This document shows, piece by piece, positions 19,119 to 27,406 of a stretch of DNA of 45,926 nt. The DNA comes from a virus, in the UHGV virus genome UHGV-0253013. One strand, 5' to 3'. The first letter of the stretch is position 1; the number at the start of each line of letters is the position of its first letter. The notes under the pieces are model-generated. The model made no database searches. It was given only the letters and a program-made list of their open reading frames with translations, and had not been told where the DNA came from. The translations under genes and the position numbers were made by a program.

Positions 19119-19510
19119 TTCACCTTGTTGGCTTCTTCGTTAATGAGTTGCTGGAAGCGGGACACATTCACCCGGACAAATCCTTGTGGCGCTTGCTGCG
19201 ACCAGCCATACTCCAGCCGTTGTGCATACGGCAGATTATTTGTCAGCGTGAACTCGTGCCAGTCTGCGGCTTTCAGCACGAAACTCGTAGCGTTTCCGGT
19301 TGCCGTGTTTCCTGATTTATCCGTAGCATCTGTAACCCTGGAAGCAGGAGTACCGCCAGATGCCATCCAGTTCATACGAAAGCGGCCTGTATCTACCGGA
19401 CTCGCCTTTATAATAGCGGAAAACAGCTTGATAGACACCTGACGCATTACCTTCTCGGGATTCTTCTTCGCCTTTTCCACAAACTTAGAGACATCAAGCG
19501 CGAAACTCAT
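19115..19510 (-). CDS. neck / tail terminator-like protein
   Basis: Translationally coupled small ORF in the head-tail joining block. Confidence 0.4.
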   Translation of the reverse strand: MSFALDVSKFVEKAKKNPEKVMRQVSIKLFSAIIKASPVDTGRFRMNWMASGGTPASRVTDATDKSGNTATGNATSFVLKAADWHEFTLTNNLPYAQRLEYGWSQQAPQGFVRVNVSRFQQLINEEANKVK

Positions 19511-19866
19511 TTTCTCACCTGAATAAAGTAGGCCACGACATCATCGTTAACCATCTTCTTCTCGATGGCTACAACAGACCATTGCTCGCCGCCGAATTGC
19601 ACCTTGTCTTCCATCTTCGGAACGACGCTGTAATCGGCTTTAACAATCATGTCACCCGCCTTAATCGTCGTACCGTTTACCAGTCCCGCGTTTACCGGAA
19701 CAGGAACGGCCTTCAACGGCAACACTTCATCCGCAGACCAGACATACTCACCGAGAACTTCATCCCACACTTTCGATCCAGCGCGAACAAGATATACCGT
19801 ACTACCGAATTTGGTTAGCAGGCGCGTACCCACGCCTTGCATACGTTTACTGAAAGCTGTGCCCAT
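19507..19866 (-). CDS. neck / head completion protein
   Basis: Start placed at the internal Met giving a 1-nt overlap with the upstream stop; synteny. Confidence 0.4.
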   Translation of the reverse strand: MGTAFSKRMQGVGTRLLTKFGSTVYLVRAGSKVWDEVLGEYVWSADEVLPLKAVPVPVNAGLVNGTTIKAGDMIVKADYSVVPKMEDKVQFGGEQWSVVAIEKKMVNDDVVAYFIQVRK

Positions 19867-20480
19867 TACGCGGCCTCCAGTCTCGAAATAACCAGTAGTG
19901 CTGACGGGGCGGTACCCCATGCGGTTACCGTAGCTGCTTGCGGGTATACGCCGCCGAAGTTAGTCCCGGCGCTATCCCGCATAATCTGAACGGAAAACGT
20001 CTGGCCTGCGGTTGCGTTAATAACGACGCGAGATTCAATCGGGATTGTAGTATCAGCATTTACCAGTTTAGTAGCTGCTGGCGAGCCGTACTGTGCGCCG
20101 TTAAGAAGAATGCGCGATAACAGGACGGACGTCCCGCTCGCTCCAGAGCGACCGGCCTGTAACTTGATGCGAACGGTGTAGTTGCCCGCAGTGTTGAACG
20201 TAACCAGACCCGCTGCATTAATCATTACCGGGTCAGATGCGCTACCATGCGCGGGACCGAAAGTTAACTGCAATGCTGTGTCCACTGCGGATGGTGCTTG
20301 TATTACAGCGGACGCGGCACGGAGAACTTCAACCTCTTTAACGCCAGGAGTGGCGTAAATAGGTGAGTCAGCCATCTGCGTAAGAACACCGCGCAGCTTG
20401 GCCGGGGTGATAAGCCCCGTCGTATTGTCGGGTAACTCCTGCCCTATAAGGGTAAATATCTCAGATTTAGTCTTCACCAT
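19866..20480 (-). CDS. structural protein of the head-tail joining region
   Basis: 204 aa ORF in the neck block; no motif recognised. Confidence 0.4.
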   Translation of the reverse strand: MVKTKSEIFTLIGQELPDNTTGLITPAKLRGVLTQMADSPIYATPGVKEVEVLRAASAVIQAPSAVDTALQLTFGPAHGSASDPVMINAAGLVTFNTAGNYTVRIKLQAGRSGASGTSVLLSRILLNGAQYGSPAATKLVNADTTIPIESRVVINATAGQTFSVQIMRDSAGTNFGGVYPQAATVTAWGTAPSALLVISRLEAA

Positions 20481-20482
20481 TT

Positions 20483-20995
20483 TTAACCCCGGTACACGTT
20501 AAACGAGAAGCCATTGTTAAGACCGCCACACAGTAACGGGCGTAAGGCGTCGTCGGCAGCGGTAATGGCAGTTGTAGCGCCACTGTTACCGTTGTTGAAG
20601 TATGTCACCGTCACCGCACCCTCCACACGCTCGGTCTGCACAGAGCGCCCATCGGAGTTAGCCCGCACTTCCGTACCTGCGCCATAAGTAGTGGCGGCGA
20701 TCACCTGCGCAAGAATCACCGGCTTCGGGATTACATTGTTCGATACAGGGAAACCATTCAACGTTACACCAGTGCGAGGATACGCTAGTGACTGTTCGGC
20801 GGATACACGACGTCCGCACATCTGCGATTCTGCAAGCCCAACATAAGTAACACCGTTGCGCAGAGCTACTTCCGCAGCGGTATCGTCTGCCGGTAGCTCA
20901 AGACCGTAATTAGCCGCTAACGCGCGGGCGTCAGCCAGGCTAACGTAACTGTCAGCATTCGGGACTATTTCCCCCGTTTCCACGATTAGCGGCAT
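20483..20995 (-). CDS. head-tail connector/adaptor protein (gp6-like)
   Basis: N-terminal LADARALAANYGLELPADD resembles the conserved start of gp6-type adaptors; position after the capsid block. Confidence 0.5.
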   Translation of the reverse strand: MPLIVETGEIVPNADSYVSLADARALAANYGLELPADDTAAEVALRNGVTYVGLAESQMCGRRVSAEQSLAYPRTGVTLNGFPVSNNVIPKPVILAQVIAATTYGAGTEVRANSDGRSVQTERVEGAVTVTYFNNGNSGATTAITAADDALRPLLCGGLNNGFSFNVYRG

Positions 20996-20998
20996 AAA

Positions 20999-21178
20999 TT
21001 ATTCCTCAGACTTACGGCGACGACGTTTAGTACCACCGCCGTTGTTGTGCGCTTCTTCATTGTCCGGTCGGGCCGCTACCAGTTCGCCATCTTCCACCAC
21101 ACCGCGAACAGGCATCACCTGACCGTCAACAATATCAACGTGGGTGTATTTTTCGCGGATTACATAATTATCTGCCAT
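20999..21178 (-). CDS. small basic protein (59 aa)
   Basis: ATG preceded by AAGGAAAGG; MADNYVIREK...GGGTKRRRRKSEE; below the ORF-track size cut-off. Confidence 0.35.
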   Translation of the reverse strand: MADNYVIREKYTHVDIVDGQVMPVRGVVEDGELVAARPDNEEAHNNGGGTKRRRRKSEE

Positions 21179-21214
21179 AACCTTTCCTTATTACGGCCCC
21201 GAAGGGCCGTTGTA

Positions 21215-21556
21215 TTAAGACACAGTTGCTACGGTGCTGCTGGAGATAATATTACCATACACATCGTGAACAACCACTTTATACGTACCGGAGTCGGTAG
21301 TAGCGAGTGAAGTTTTCTCGTAGGTGGCGGCGTTAGCGCCAGGGATAGCGTTGTTATCCTTGTACCACTGGTAAGAGTACGGCGCAAGGCCGCCAGTTAC
21401 AACTACGGTAAGGGTCATCGTCTGCCCGGTATACTGGGTAGTGGTGGCCGCAAGGGGGGTAGAGAAAGACGCTGGAGAGATATTTGCCATGTCGATTTTA
21501 GCACCCACGGTATCGACGGACACACCAGTAATACGACGTTTAATTACATCAACCAT
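21215..21556 (-). CDS. Ig-like domain protein (head decoration-like)
   Basis: LAPYSYQWYKDNNAIPGA...DSGTYKVVV is an Ig-like signature; immediately downstream of the capsid gene. Confidence 0.55.
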   Translation of the reverse strand: MVDVIKRRITGVSVDTVGAKIDMANISPASFSTPLAATTTQYTGQTMTLTVVVTGGLAPYSYQWYKDNNAIPGANAATYEKTSLATTDSGTYKVVVHDVYGNIISSSTVATVS

Positions 21557-21715
21557 TTTTAAGCTCCTCAGGATGCGATGATTTTAGCGGCACGAAGTTG
21601 TGCCGGTAAGGCGTTAAGTTGAGTGCCTACCGCGTTAACCGCAGTCTGTGCGGACGTAGCAACCGCGGCAAGCCTTTTCCGGTCTTAGACATAATTTACC
21701 TCTTAGTAAATGAAA

Positions 21716-21735
21716 AGAGGGACCGAAGTCCCTCT
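21716..21735 (-). terminator. terminator hairpin downstream of the capsid gene
   Basis: AGAGGGAC-CGAA-GTCCCTCT hairpin; on the minus strand it is followed by TTTCATTT; 17 nt below the capsid stop. Confidence 0.5.
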
Positions 21736-21751
21736 CGATTATAGCTTAACC

Positions 21752-22801
21752 TTAAGACCCGACACCAGTTACCAGGAAGGCGATCGGTACGTGCTTACGC
21801 TCAACCACACGGTTCCAGTTGGAGGCGTTCGCCAGGTCCTGCCAGGAAGCAGAGCGCGGGGTAGTCTCGGTGCCGTTGCCGGTGATTACTGCGCTGGTGA
21901 AGCTGTAGCCCAGTGGGTGCAGCAACCAGGTCTTACGGGTCCACAGGGTTTCTACGCCGCCGCCGTTACCACGGGACGCTTCGCGCTCGTATTCCAGCGG
22001 GTTGGACGGAGAACCTTCGCCATAACCGATAGCGCCGTTACCGAAGATAATGGAGATGAACTTACGGCTCGTGGCAGTGCCGACTACGGTCATGCTGTCG
22101 TCAACAATCACGCGGTAGCCCTGGTAGGTGGCAAACATGGTGTTGTTGTCAGCGTCTTTGATGAAGTCAATAAGCTGCTGCTTACGCGCCTGTGCATAAA
22201 CGAAGCTGTGCATGGCGATAGCGCCCAGCACTTCACCGCCGTTGCCCATCAATGCATCGCCCATAGTCTGGGTAGCGTCGATGAACGCACCTGCGTCGAA
22301 ACCAAGAGTAGCGGACACGTCGATTACCATGTCGTTCTGCTCGTGGTACGCGTCGGTAGCGGCTACGTTGTCATTGTACAGACCAAGCGCAGTAGCAATC
22401 AGACGGCGTTGTGCCTGACGCTGCCAGAAGTTATCCAGGCGAGAAGCCACGGATTGCAGCGGATTCTGACTGGTCAGTTCGACAGTCAAATCCGCCTGAC
22501 CAAAACCTTCGTTCAGGTACGCAACGCGCGCCATCATCTCACCAGTCTGAACGTTACGAGGGGTTGCGATGTCCTGGTACACGTCGTTCGAGTAGTTAGG
22601 CTCGATGGAGGTGTCAATCGCTTTCCAGAAAGGAATATTAGCGATGTTGGACGGACCACGAGCAATCTCAGCAGCGTATGGAGTCGGGGTCAGAATACCG
22701 GACTGGAAGAACGCGGTTTTTTCTACCGGGTCCTCTGTCATATAAGACGCCAGGACCGGGATGTTGCCAGTTACGATATCGCCGATAGTGGTAATTGCCA
22801 T
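21752..22801 (-). CDS. major capsid protein
   Basis: 349 aa; GAGGAAA RBS; follows the scaffold gene and precedes the decoration and connector genes; terminator directly downstream. Confidence 0.7.
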   Translation of the reverse strand: MAITTIGDIVTGNIPVLASYMTEDPVEKTAFFQSGILTPTPYAAEIARGPSNIANIPFWKAIDTSIEPNYSNDVYQDIATPRNVQTGEMMARVAYLNEGFGQADLTVELTSQNPLQSVASRLDNFWQRQAQRRLIATALGLYNDNVAATDAYHEQNDMVIDVSATLGFDAGAFIDATQTMGDALMGNGGEVLGAIAMHSFVYAQARKQQLIDFIKDADNNTMFATYQGYRVIVDDSMTVVGTATSRKFISIIFGNGAIGYGEGSPSNPLEYEREASRGNGGGVETLWTRKTWLLHPLGYSFTSAVITGNGTETTPRSASWQDLANASNWNRVVERKHVPIAFLVTGVGS

Positions 22802-22803
22802 TA

Positions 22804-23505
22804 TTATTTCCTCAGGGCTTTAAGTTGCCGTTCAAATTCGGCAGGGTTCGATTTATACAGGGCTAAACGCTCTGCTTCACTCATGTCTTTAAACGCTGGT
22901 GCGGCCCCGCCGCCTTTGCTACCGGAAGCCCCGCCGCCGGAAGCTGCATTTGCTTTAATCAAATGCGAAAACGCTTTGTGTTCGCGCAGGTATTTGCGGA
23001 ACTGTTCCGGGTCAGTCGTGATTACGTTACCGTCTGCGCCGACAAACTTAGTAACCACGTCATCGCCTTCGAACTCAGTCTTAACGAACGGCGCAAGAAT
23101 GTCCACTGCTTCCGGGGTAATAAAGTCACCTGCGAAAGAGCCTAACACCGCTTTACGTTCGCTGCCGAGGATGCGCTCTGCCATTCTGGAGATGCGACCA
23201 TCTTTCTCGGCCAGCACCGGGTCATACTGGCTACGAATCGTTTTTTCGAACTCGTCCATCTTACCGGCGGCTTTTAACGCCTCCTGGTGTGCGCGCTGCC
23301 GTTCTTCTTCGGCCTCTTTTGCTTTACGGGCGGCTTCTTTCTTCTCCGCCAGCAATGCTTCCTGATTGGCCTTAAGCCCGGCAACTTCTTTCGCAATCAG
23401 CGCCTGAACTTCTTCAGCGGTGAACATTTTTGGCGCATCACCGCCGCCAGATTTATCTTCTGCTCCAGCTTCTTCCTGGAACGGATAGCGTAAAAAACGA
23501 TTCAT
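22804..23505 (-). CDS. scaffolding protein
   Basis: Ala/Glu/Lys-rich helical protein (EEERQRAHQEALKAAGK) upstream of the capsid gene. Start uncertain: track start 23559 is TTG; internal ATGs at 23505 and 23427. Confidence 0.55.
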   Translation of the reverse strand: MNRFLRYPFQEEAGAEDKSGGGDAPKMFTAEEVQALIAKEVAGLKANQEALLAEKKEAARKAKEAEEERQRAHQEALKAAGKMDEFEKTIRSQYDPVLAEKDGRISRMAERILGSERKAVLGSFAGDFITPEAVDILAPFVKTEFEGDDVVTKFVGADGNVITTDPEQFRKYLREHKAFSHLIKANAASGGGASGSKGGGAAPAFKDMSEAERLALYKSNPAEFERQLKALRK

Positions 23506-23587
23506 AGTCAGTATGTCCCCTGGACGTTTGAATCCGGGCCACCCGGATTTACATGTCAAGAATAAATTATTCCAACATGCAAGGCAA

Positions 23588-23851
23588 CTATTCCAGAATA
23601 TTCCTCACGTAATCCTGCAACATGAACACTTTCAGTCTCAGTTGCCGTACACATTCGGCATTCTGAACGTCGATAGCTAAATCCTCGTCAGCGTCACTAC
23701 TTGGCGGTGCCAGTTTGCACGGAGGCTGCATCATCGTCGTATCCGGGGATGGAATTGGCGTTTGCGACGGCGCGGGACTTGAGCAGGACGCGAGCATCGT
23801 CGAAAGTGCACACGCTGCGACCAGGCGTTTTAATGTACTTAACGACTTCAC
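23588..23851 (-). CDS. o-spanin (outer-membrane lipoprotein, Rz1-like)
   Basis: Signal peptide with lipobox LASC, Pro-rich mature region; starts inside the i-spanin gene in another frame and extends past its stop. Confidence 0.55.
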   Translation of the reverse strand: MKSLSTLKRLVAACALSTMLASCSSPAPSQTPIPSPDTTMMQPPCKLAPPSSDADEDLAIDVQNAECVRQLRLKVFMLQDYVRNILE

Positions 23852-24083
23852 GGGTAATCACCTCTGATTTCGTCTTGCCTTCGTTGTCAGCGGCGGCGGC
23901 CTTCGATTCATCCTGCTGCTGCCGTTGTGTTTTCTTCACTAACTCAGCCTGTGCTTTCTGCTGTTGCTGCGAAACTAGATTCGCCCGGCCTTCGTTCCAG
24001 CCGCTGCGATACTGGTATATGCCGTGGGCGTAAGCCAGGATGGTGAAACATGCCCACGCTACGAAAGTTGCTTTAAGATTCAT
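23697..24083 (-). CDS. i-spanin (Rz-like)
   Basis: N-terminal TM segment ATFVAWACFTILAYAHGIY followed by a Gln/Lys-rich coiled coil. Confidence 0.6.
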   Translation of the reverse strand: MNLKATFVAWACFTILAYAHGIYQYRSGWNEGRANLVSQQQQKAQAELVKKTQRQQQDESKAAAADNEGKTKSEVITREVVKYIKTPGRSVCTFDDARVLLKSRAVANANSIPGYDDDAASVQTGTAK

Positions 24084-24307
24084 GTTTCCCCTTTCTCGAT
24101 AAGTAAAGCCCCGCCATAAAGCGGGGCGCTAGTCCTTATCATTTAAACATAGAAACGGCGTAATCTCAGTAAACCAGTTACTTTTTACACAAGCAATAGA
24201 CTATGGCCCTTCCGAACGCGTCAGCGTAACTACACTCAGGACTTACGTCCCGCTCCGTTACCTGCCCGCGCCGCGGTCGCTTGTTCATACTTCACAAGCT
24301 CAGGTGG

Positions 24308-24350
24308 AGCTTAGCACATTTTTAGTGAAAAGTCAACTATTCGAATAGTT
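24308..24350 (-). promoter_or_regulatory. candidate promoter (TTGACT-N17-TAAGCT, minus strand) with a perfect 16-bp palindrome over the -35
   Basis: Plus-strand AACTATTCGAATAGTT (24335-24350) is a perfect palindrome of GAATAGTT half-sites; reverse complement gives TTGACT, 17 nt, TAAGCT. Confidence 0.35.
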
Positions 24351-24398
24351 TATTCCAACATTTACAATTGAGCGGAATAACTGGAATAATCACAGACA

Positions 24399-24424
24399 TT
24401 AAAAAAGCCCCTTTCGGGGCCTCT
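24399..24424 (-). terminator. rho-independent terminator after the Ig-like gene
   Basis: Minus-strand GCCCCGAAAGGGGC hairpin followed by TTTTTT; just below the stop at 24427. Confidence 0.6.
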
Positions 24425-24426
24425 TA

Positions 24427-24888
24427 TCATTCTGGCTTAGTGACCTTCGCCGCTTTACTCACAGCCTCCACTCCACCGGCATCGGTGACTTTAACAAAGT
24501 ATTCACCTACCGCATTATCCATCAGAGACAAAGCCTCTTCGGGTGCGTTTACTACTTCCTTCCCGTCTTTGTACCAGGTCAGCGTATATGGTGCTTTACC
24601 AGCCTTAACTTCGACAGTGATAGTTGCGCTGCCGTCAGTGAGTTCAGTGTCTTTCGGTTGCACAGAGAAATACACATCGCCTGCGTCCGCCAGATACGGA
24701 ATTTCATAAAGCATGCCCGCCACCGGTAGCGCAATACCGGTTTTATCTGCAAACGGCATATCGTCTACTGGTGTACCGAGTACACTCTCATCTTCAATAA
24801 ACACCACGTTCTCGCCAGAGCCAGACACGCGGGCGTACTGGACTACGCGACGCGACGGTACATCAGTAACTTTGAAAAAGCCCATCAT
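24427..24888 (-). CDS. Ig-like domain protein (paralog of 21215..21556)
   Basis: C-terminal KAPYTLTWYKDGKEVVNA...GEYFVKV shares the APY..WYKD Ig-like signature. Confidence 0.5.
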   Translation of the reverse strand: MMGFFKVTDVPSRRVVQYARVSGSGENVVFIEDESVLGTPVDDMPFADKTGIALPVAGMLYEIPYLADAGDVYFSVQPKDTELTDGSATITVEVKAGKAPYTLTWYKDGKEVVNAPEEALSLMDNAVGEYFVKVTDAGGVEAVSKAAKVTKPE

Positions 24889-25931
24889 TATTCCCCTTTC
24901 AGATAATCAGCAACACGTTTATCGAGTTCCGCCATCTGCTTAAGCGTGAGCGGATTCCCGAAACCATCTACAGATATTACGCGAAACTCTTCCGGTGATA
25001 TACCGCTGTTACGGAAAATCTTACCGCGAACAGGGCCGAGCGCCTGGTCCTGGAACCACGCCGGTTGTTGTTTCAGGAACTCGTAATAAGTGGTGTCAGC
25101 GCTTACCTGAGTACCGCCGTCCGCACCTTTAGCCGCTCGTTTTGCGCCCTTATCGAGGAAGTCGAACTCCGAACTGATTACAGGCGCAGTGGTGCTTCTG
25201 CACCCAAAATGGGCCGGTGGCATCGGCCCCTTACCGATTTCCCACGTCATTCCATCTCGGGCCCTGCAAATCGTGCTCGTACGGCTGTCCAGCGTCGACA
25301 CCCACTCGTACTTCTCGATGATGTCGTCGTTCTGGCGGTATGTCTCGTTGCGTGCTTCGTTGGATACGTGGGACAGCGCGGTGCGGATTACCGTCGCAGC
25401 GTTACGCTCAGAGATGTCCGCCAGCCCACCAGCGCCTACGACATTCTTAACAATCTGCCGTGTTGTCTGGCCTTGTACAAAACCCATCTTAACGCCGGTT
25501 ACAAGGCGCGATACTTCTGTTTCACCCCAACCTGACATCAGTTTAGTGAAGTCAACGGGCTTGTCACTTGGCGATAAGGGTTGAAACTCGGCTGCAGCCC
25601 ACACCTGTTCGGCGGTAGGCGTAACAAATTCCGCGTTAACGTTAGCGGTCAGTGTCTTTACGTTCCACTCGGCCTCATACGCCGCCAGTTCCTTAAGGTC
25701 TTCTGTCAGCTTTGTTTGCCAGTCACCTGTAAGCCCTGTCAATGCTTCTTCCAGGTCACGTAACAGTTTATTCAGCCGCGCAGTGCTGCGGCCGTCGTCG
25801 CCGAACAACAGCACCCGCCGTTTGATTTCGTCCCGCATCTCCTGAATGAACGGCATGAGGTCTTTCACTTCGCCGGATGCGGCGCGTTGCAACCATATCT
25901 GGTGGCTGATTAGTGATGTCAGTAAGCTCAT
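24888..25931 (-). CDS. head morphogenesis protein (SPP1 gp7 / Mu F-like)
   Basis: Position directly after the portal region. Start moved to the ATG at 25931 preceded by AGGAGGA (track start 25991). Confidence 0.6.
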   Translation of the reverse strand: MSLLTSLISHQIWLQRAASGEVKDLMPFIQEMRDEIKRRVLLFGDDGRSTARLNKLLRDLEEALTGLTGDWQTKLTEDLKELAAYEAEWNVKTLTANVNAEFVTPTAEQVWAAAEFQPLSPSDKPVDFTKLMSGWGETEVSRLVTGVKMGFVQGQTTRQIVKNVVGAGGLADISERNAATVIRTALSHVSNEARNETYRQNDDIIEKYEWVSTLDSRTSTICRARDGMTWEIGKGPMPPAHFGCRSTTAPVISSEFDFLDKGAKRAAKGADGGTQVSADTTYYEFLKQQPAWFQDQALGPVRGKIFRNSGISPEEFRVISVDGFGNPLTLKQMAELDKRVADYLKGE

Positions 25932-25975
25932 AAGTCCTCCTGTAGTATCGCCAGTGTACCGCATAAAAATAATAT

Positions 25976-26004
25976 TTGCAGACACCAACATAATAGGGTA
26001 CTAT
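25976..26004 (+). promoter_or_regulatory. sigma70-like promoter, class A (TTGCAG-N17-TACTAT)
   Basis: TTGCAG at 25976-25981, 17-nt spacer containing ATAATAGGG, TACTAT at 25999-26004; upstream of the ATG at 26032. Confidence 0.5.
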
Positions 26005-26031
26005 TCAGTTAACTTAAACAGGAGACGAAAG

Positions 26032-26193
26032 ATGAAATTAGTAAAAAGAATTACCGTAAACATTAACACAAGTTCGAAAAACGGAGACAAACGTAAGTTC
26101 CGCCGTAAAATGCGCCAAATCGCTAAACTCGACTACATCTTCGGGGAAACGATTGCACTCGCAGTAGGCGCCGCACGCAACTGGAGGCGTTAA
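26032..26193 (+). CDS. small basic protein (53 aa)
   Basis: ATG at 26032 preceded by GGAG; first gene of the rightward insert upstream of the YhhQ-like gene. Confidence 0.4.
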   Translation: MKLVKRITVNINTSSKNGDKRKFRRKMRQIAKLDYIFGETIALAVGAARNWRR

Positions 26194-26194
26194 T

Positions 26195-26659
26195 ATGATG
26201 TACTTTGTGTACATAGGCGCGATATGCGCCGCCAACTTTTCGGTATCCGTTTTCGGTCCGTGGGCAACTCCTATAAACGCTTTTGTTCTTATCGGTCTTG
26301 ATTTTGTGATAAGAGATAAGTTGCATGAAAGAATCGGTGTGCGAAAAATATTTATACTCATAGTTGTTGCGGGGGTAATAAGTTACGCCATTAACCCTGC
26401 AACGGGTAAGATTGCCTCTGCAAGTGTGGTGGCATTCGCATTTGCTGCGTTGGTAGACGCGATTGTGTACCAGTTGCTTATTAACCAAAAGTGGCTAGTA
26501 AAGTCTAACGTCAGTAACACAGCGGCATCCGCTGTTGATTCGTTTATTTTTCCTTTAATCGCCTTTGGGGCTTTCATGCCGCTTGTAGTTCTCGGGCAAT
26601 TCGCCGCTAAAGTTATCGGGGGCGCTACCTGGTCACTCCTGTTGAGGAAAGTTAAATGA
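26195..26659 (+). CDS. yhhQ: YhhQ-like membrane protein (7-deazaguanine precursor transporter family), short form
   Basis: Multi-TM protein; segments KSNVSNTAASAVDSFIFPLIAFG and ASVVAFAFAALVDAIVYQLL resemble remembered E. coli YhhQ motifs (no alignment run); adjacent to a DpdA-like gene. Confidence 0.55.
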   Translation: MMYFVYIGAICAANFSVSVFGPWATPINAFVLIGLDFVIRDKLHERIGVRKIFILIVVAGVISYAINPATGKIASASVVAFAFAALVDAIVYQLLINQKWLVKSNVSNTAASAVDSFIFPLIAFGAFMPLVVLGQFAAKVIGGATWSLLLRKVK

Positions 26660-27390
26660 CAGTACACTACCACGGCGGCCCTATTTGGGGTGGGGGTGAA
26701 CTTATAAAAGCGTTGTACAGAGGGGGAGGTGCTCTGGTGTCCTATGCGCGTCCAGACCAGATACGAAAGATAGCCGCCATGAGATGTAAATTAGTACTGG
26801 ATAACGGTGCTTTTTCAACGTGGAAGAAAGCCCCGGAAAACATAGACTGGAGTGCACACTGGGCAGGATATTATGATTTTGTTGGTGAGTGGTTCAGCCG
26901 TATTGAGTGGTTCATAATACCTGACGTTATCGAAGGTTCCGAGGAGGAAAACGACGCGTTAATAGAAACTGTGCCGGATTGGTTAATGCCCAAGGCTGTC
27001 CCGGTGTGGCATAGTGACGAGAGTATAAGAAGACTGATAAAACTATGCAGGAAGTTCCCTCGAGTTGCTATAGGCTGCTGCGGCCCACACAGGGCTATAC
27101 GTTCTAAGTCGTGGGAAAAAAGAATGGATCAGGCGTTTAATGCGGTTTACAGAAACCGGAAACTAGATGTAAAACTACACGGACTTAGAATGCTGGATGG
27201 AAGGGCGTTAAGCCGCTACCCTTTTGATAGCGCAGACAGCACAAACGTAGCTATAAATGTACCAAAAACGAAGGCAAGACTGCCTAACATAACCGATAAA
27301 CTACACCGCACAGCTATAATGCGGCACACGATAGAAATGGTGAAACCACCCTCGGTTGGTGAATGGTTATTTAAAACTAAGGCCCCATAA
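26656..27390 (+). CDS. dpdA: DpdA-like transglycosylase (candidate 7-deazaguanine DNA-modifying enzyme)
   Basis: 244 aa, translationally coupled to the YhhQ-like gene. Call rests on a remembered resemblance to short phage DpdA/TGT-like proteins (YHGGPIWGG, LVLDNGAFS, FIIPDVIEGSEEEND) and on context. Confidence 0.5.
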   Translation: MTVHYHGGPIWGGGELIKALYRGGGALVSYARPDQIRKIAAMRCKLVLDNGAFSTWKKAPENIDWSAHWAGYYDFVGEWFSRIEWFIIPDVIEGSEEENDALIETVPDWLMPKAVPVWHSDESIRRLIKLCRKFPRVAIGCCGPHRAIRSKSWEKRMDQAFNAVYRNRKLDVKLHGLRMLDGRALSRYPFDSADSTNVAINVPKTKARLPNITDKLHRTAIMRHTIEMVKPPSVGEWLFKTKAP

Positions 27391-27406
27391 CGGGGCCTTT
27401 TTCTTT
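27379..27406. terminator. bidirectional terminator between the DpdA-like and portal genes
   Basis: AAGGCCCC-ATAA-CGGGGCCTT hairpin followed by TTTCTTT; both convergent stops lie in or beside it. Confidence 0.55.

Noticed and set aside
21710-23365. 551-aa plus-strand ORF
   Set aside because: Runs antisense across the capsid and scaffold genes, has no RBS, and its product is low-complexity Arg/Ala/Ser-rich; the minus-strand genes have clear RBSs and structural-gene synteny.
25846-26193. 115-aa ORF as drawn in the track
   Set aside because: Its 5' part overlaps the head-morphogenesis start and the class A promoter; the plausible gene is the 53-aa ORF from the ATG at 26032 with a GGAG RBS.
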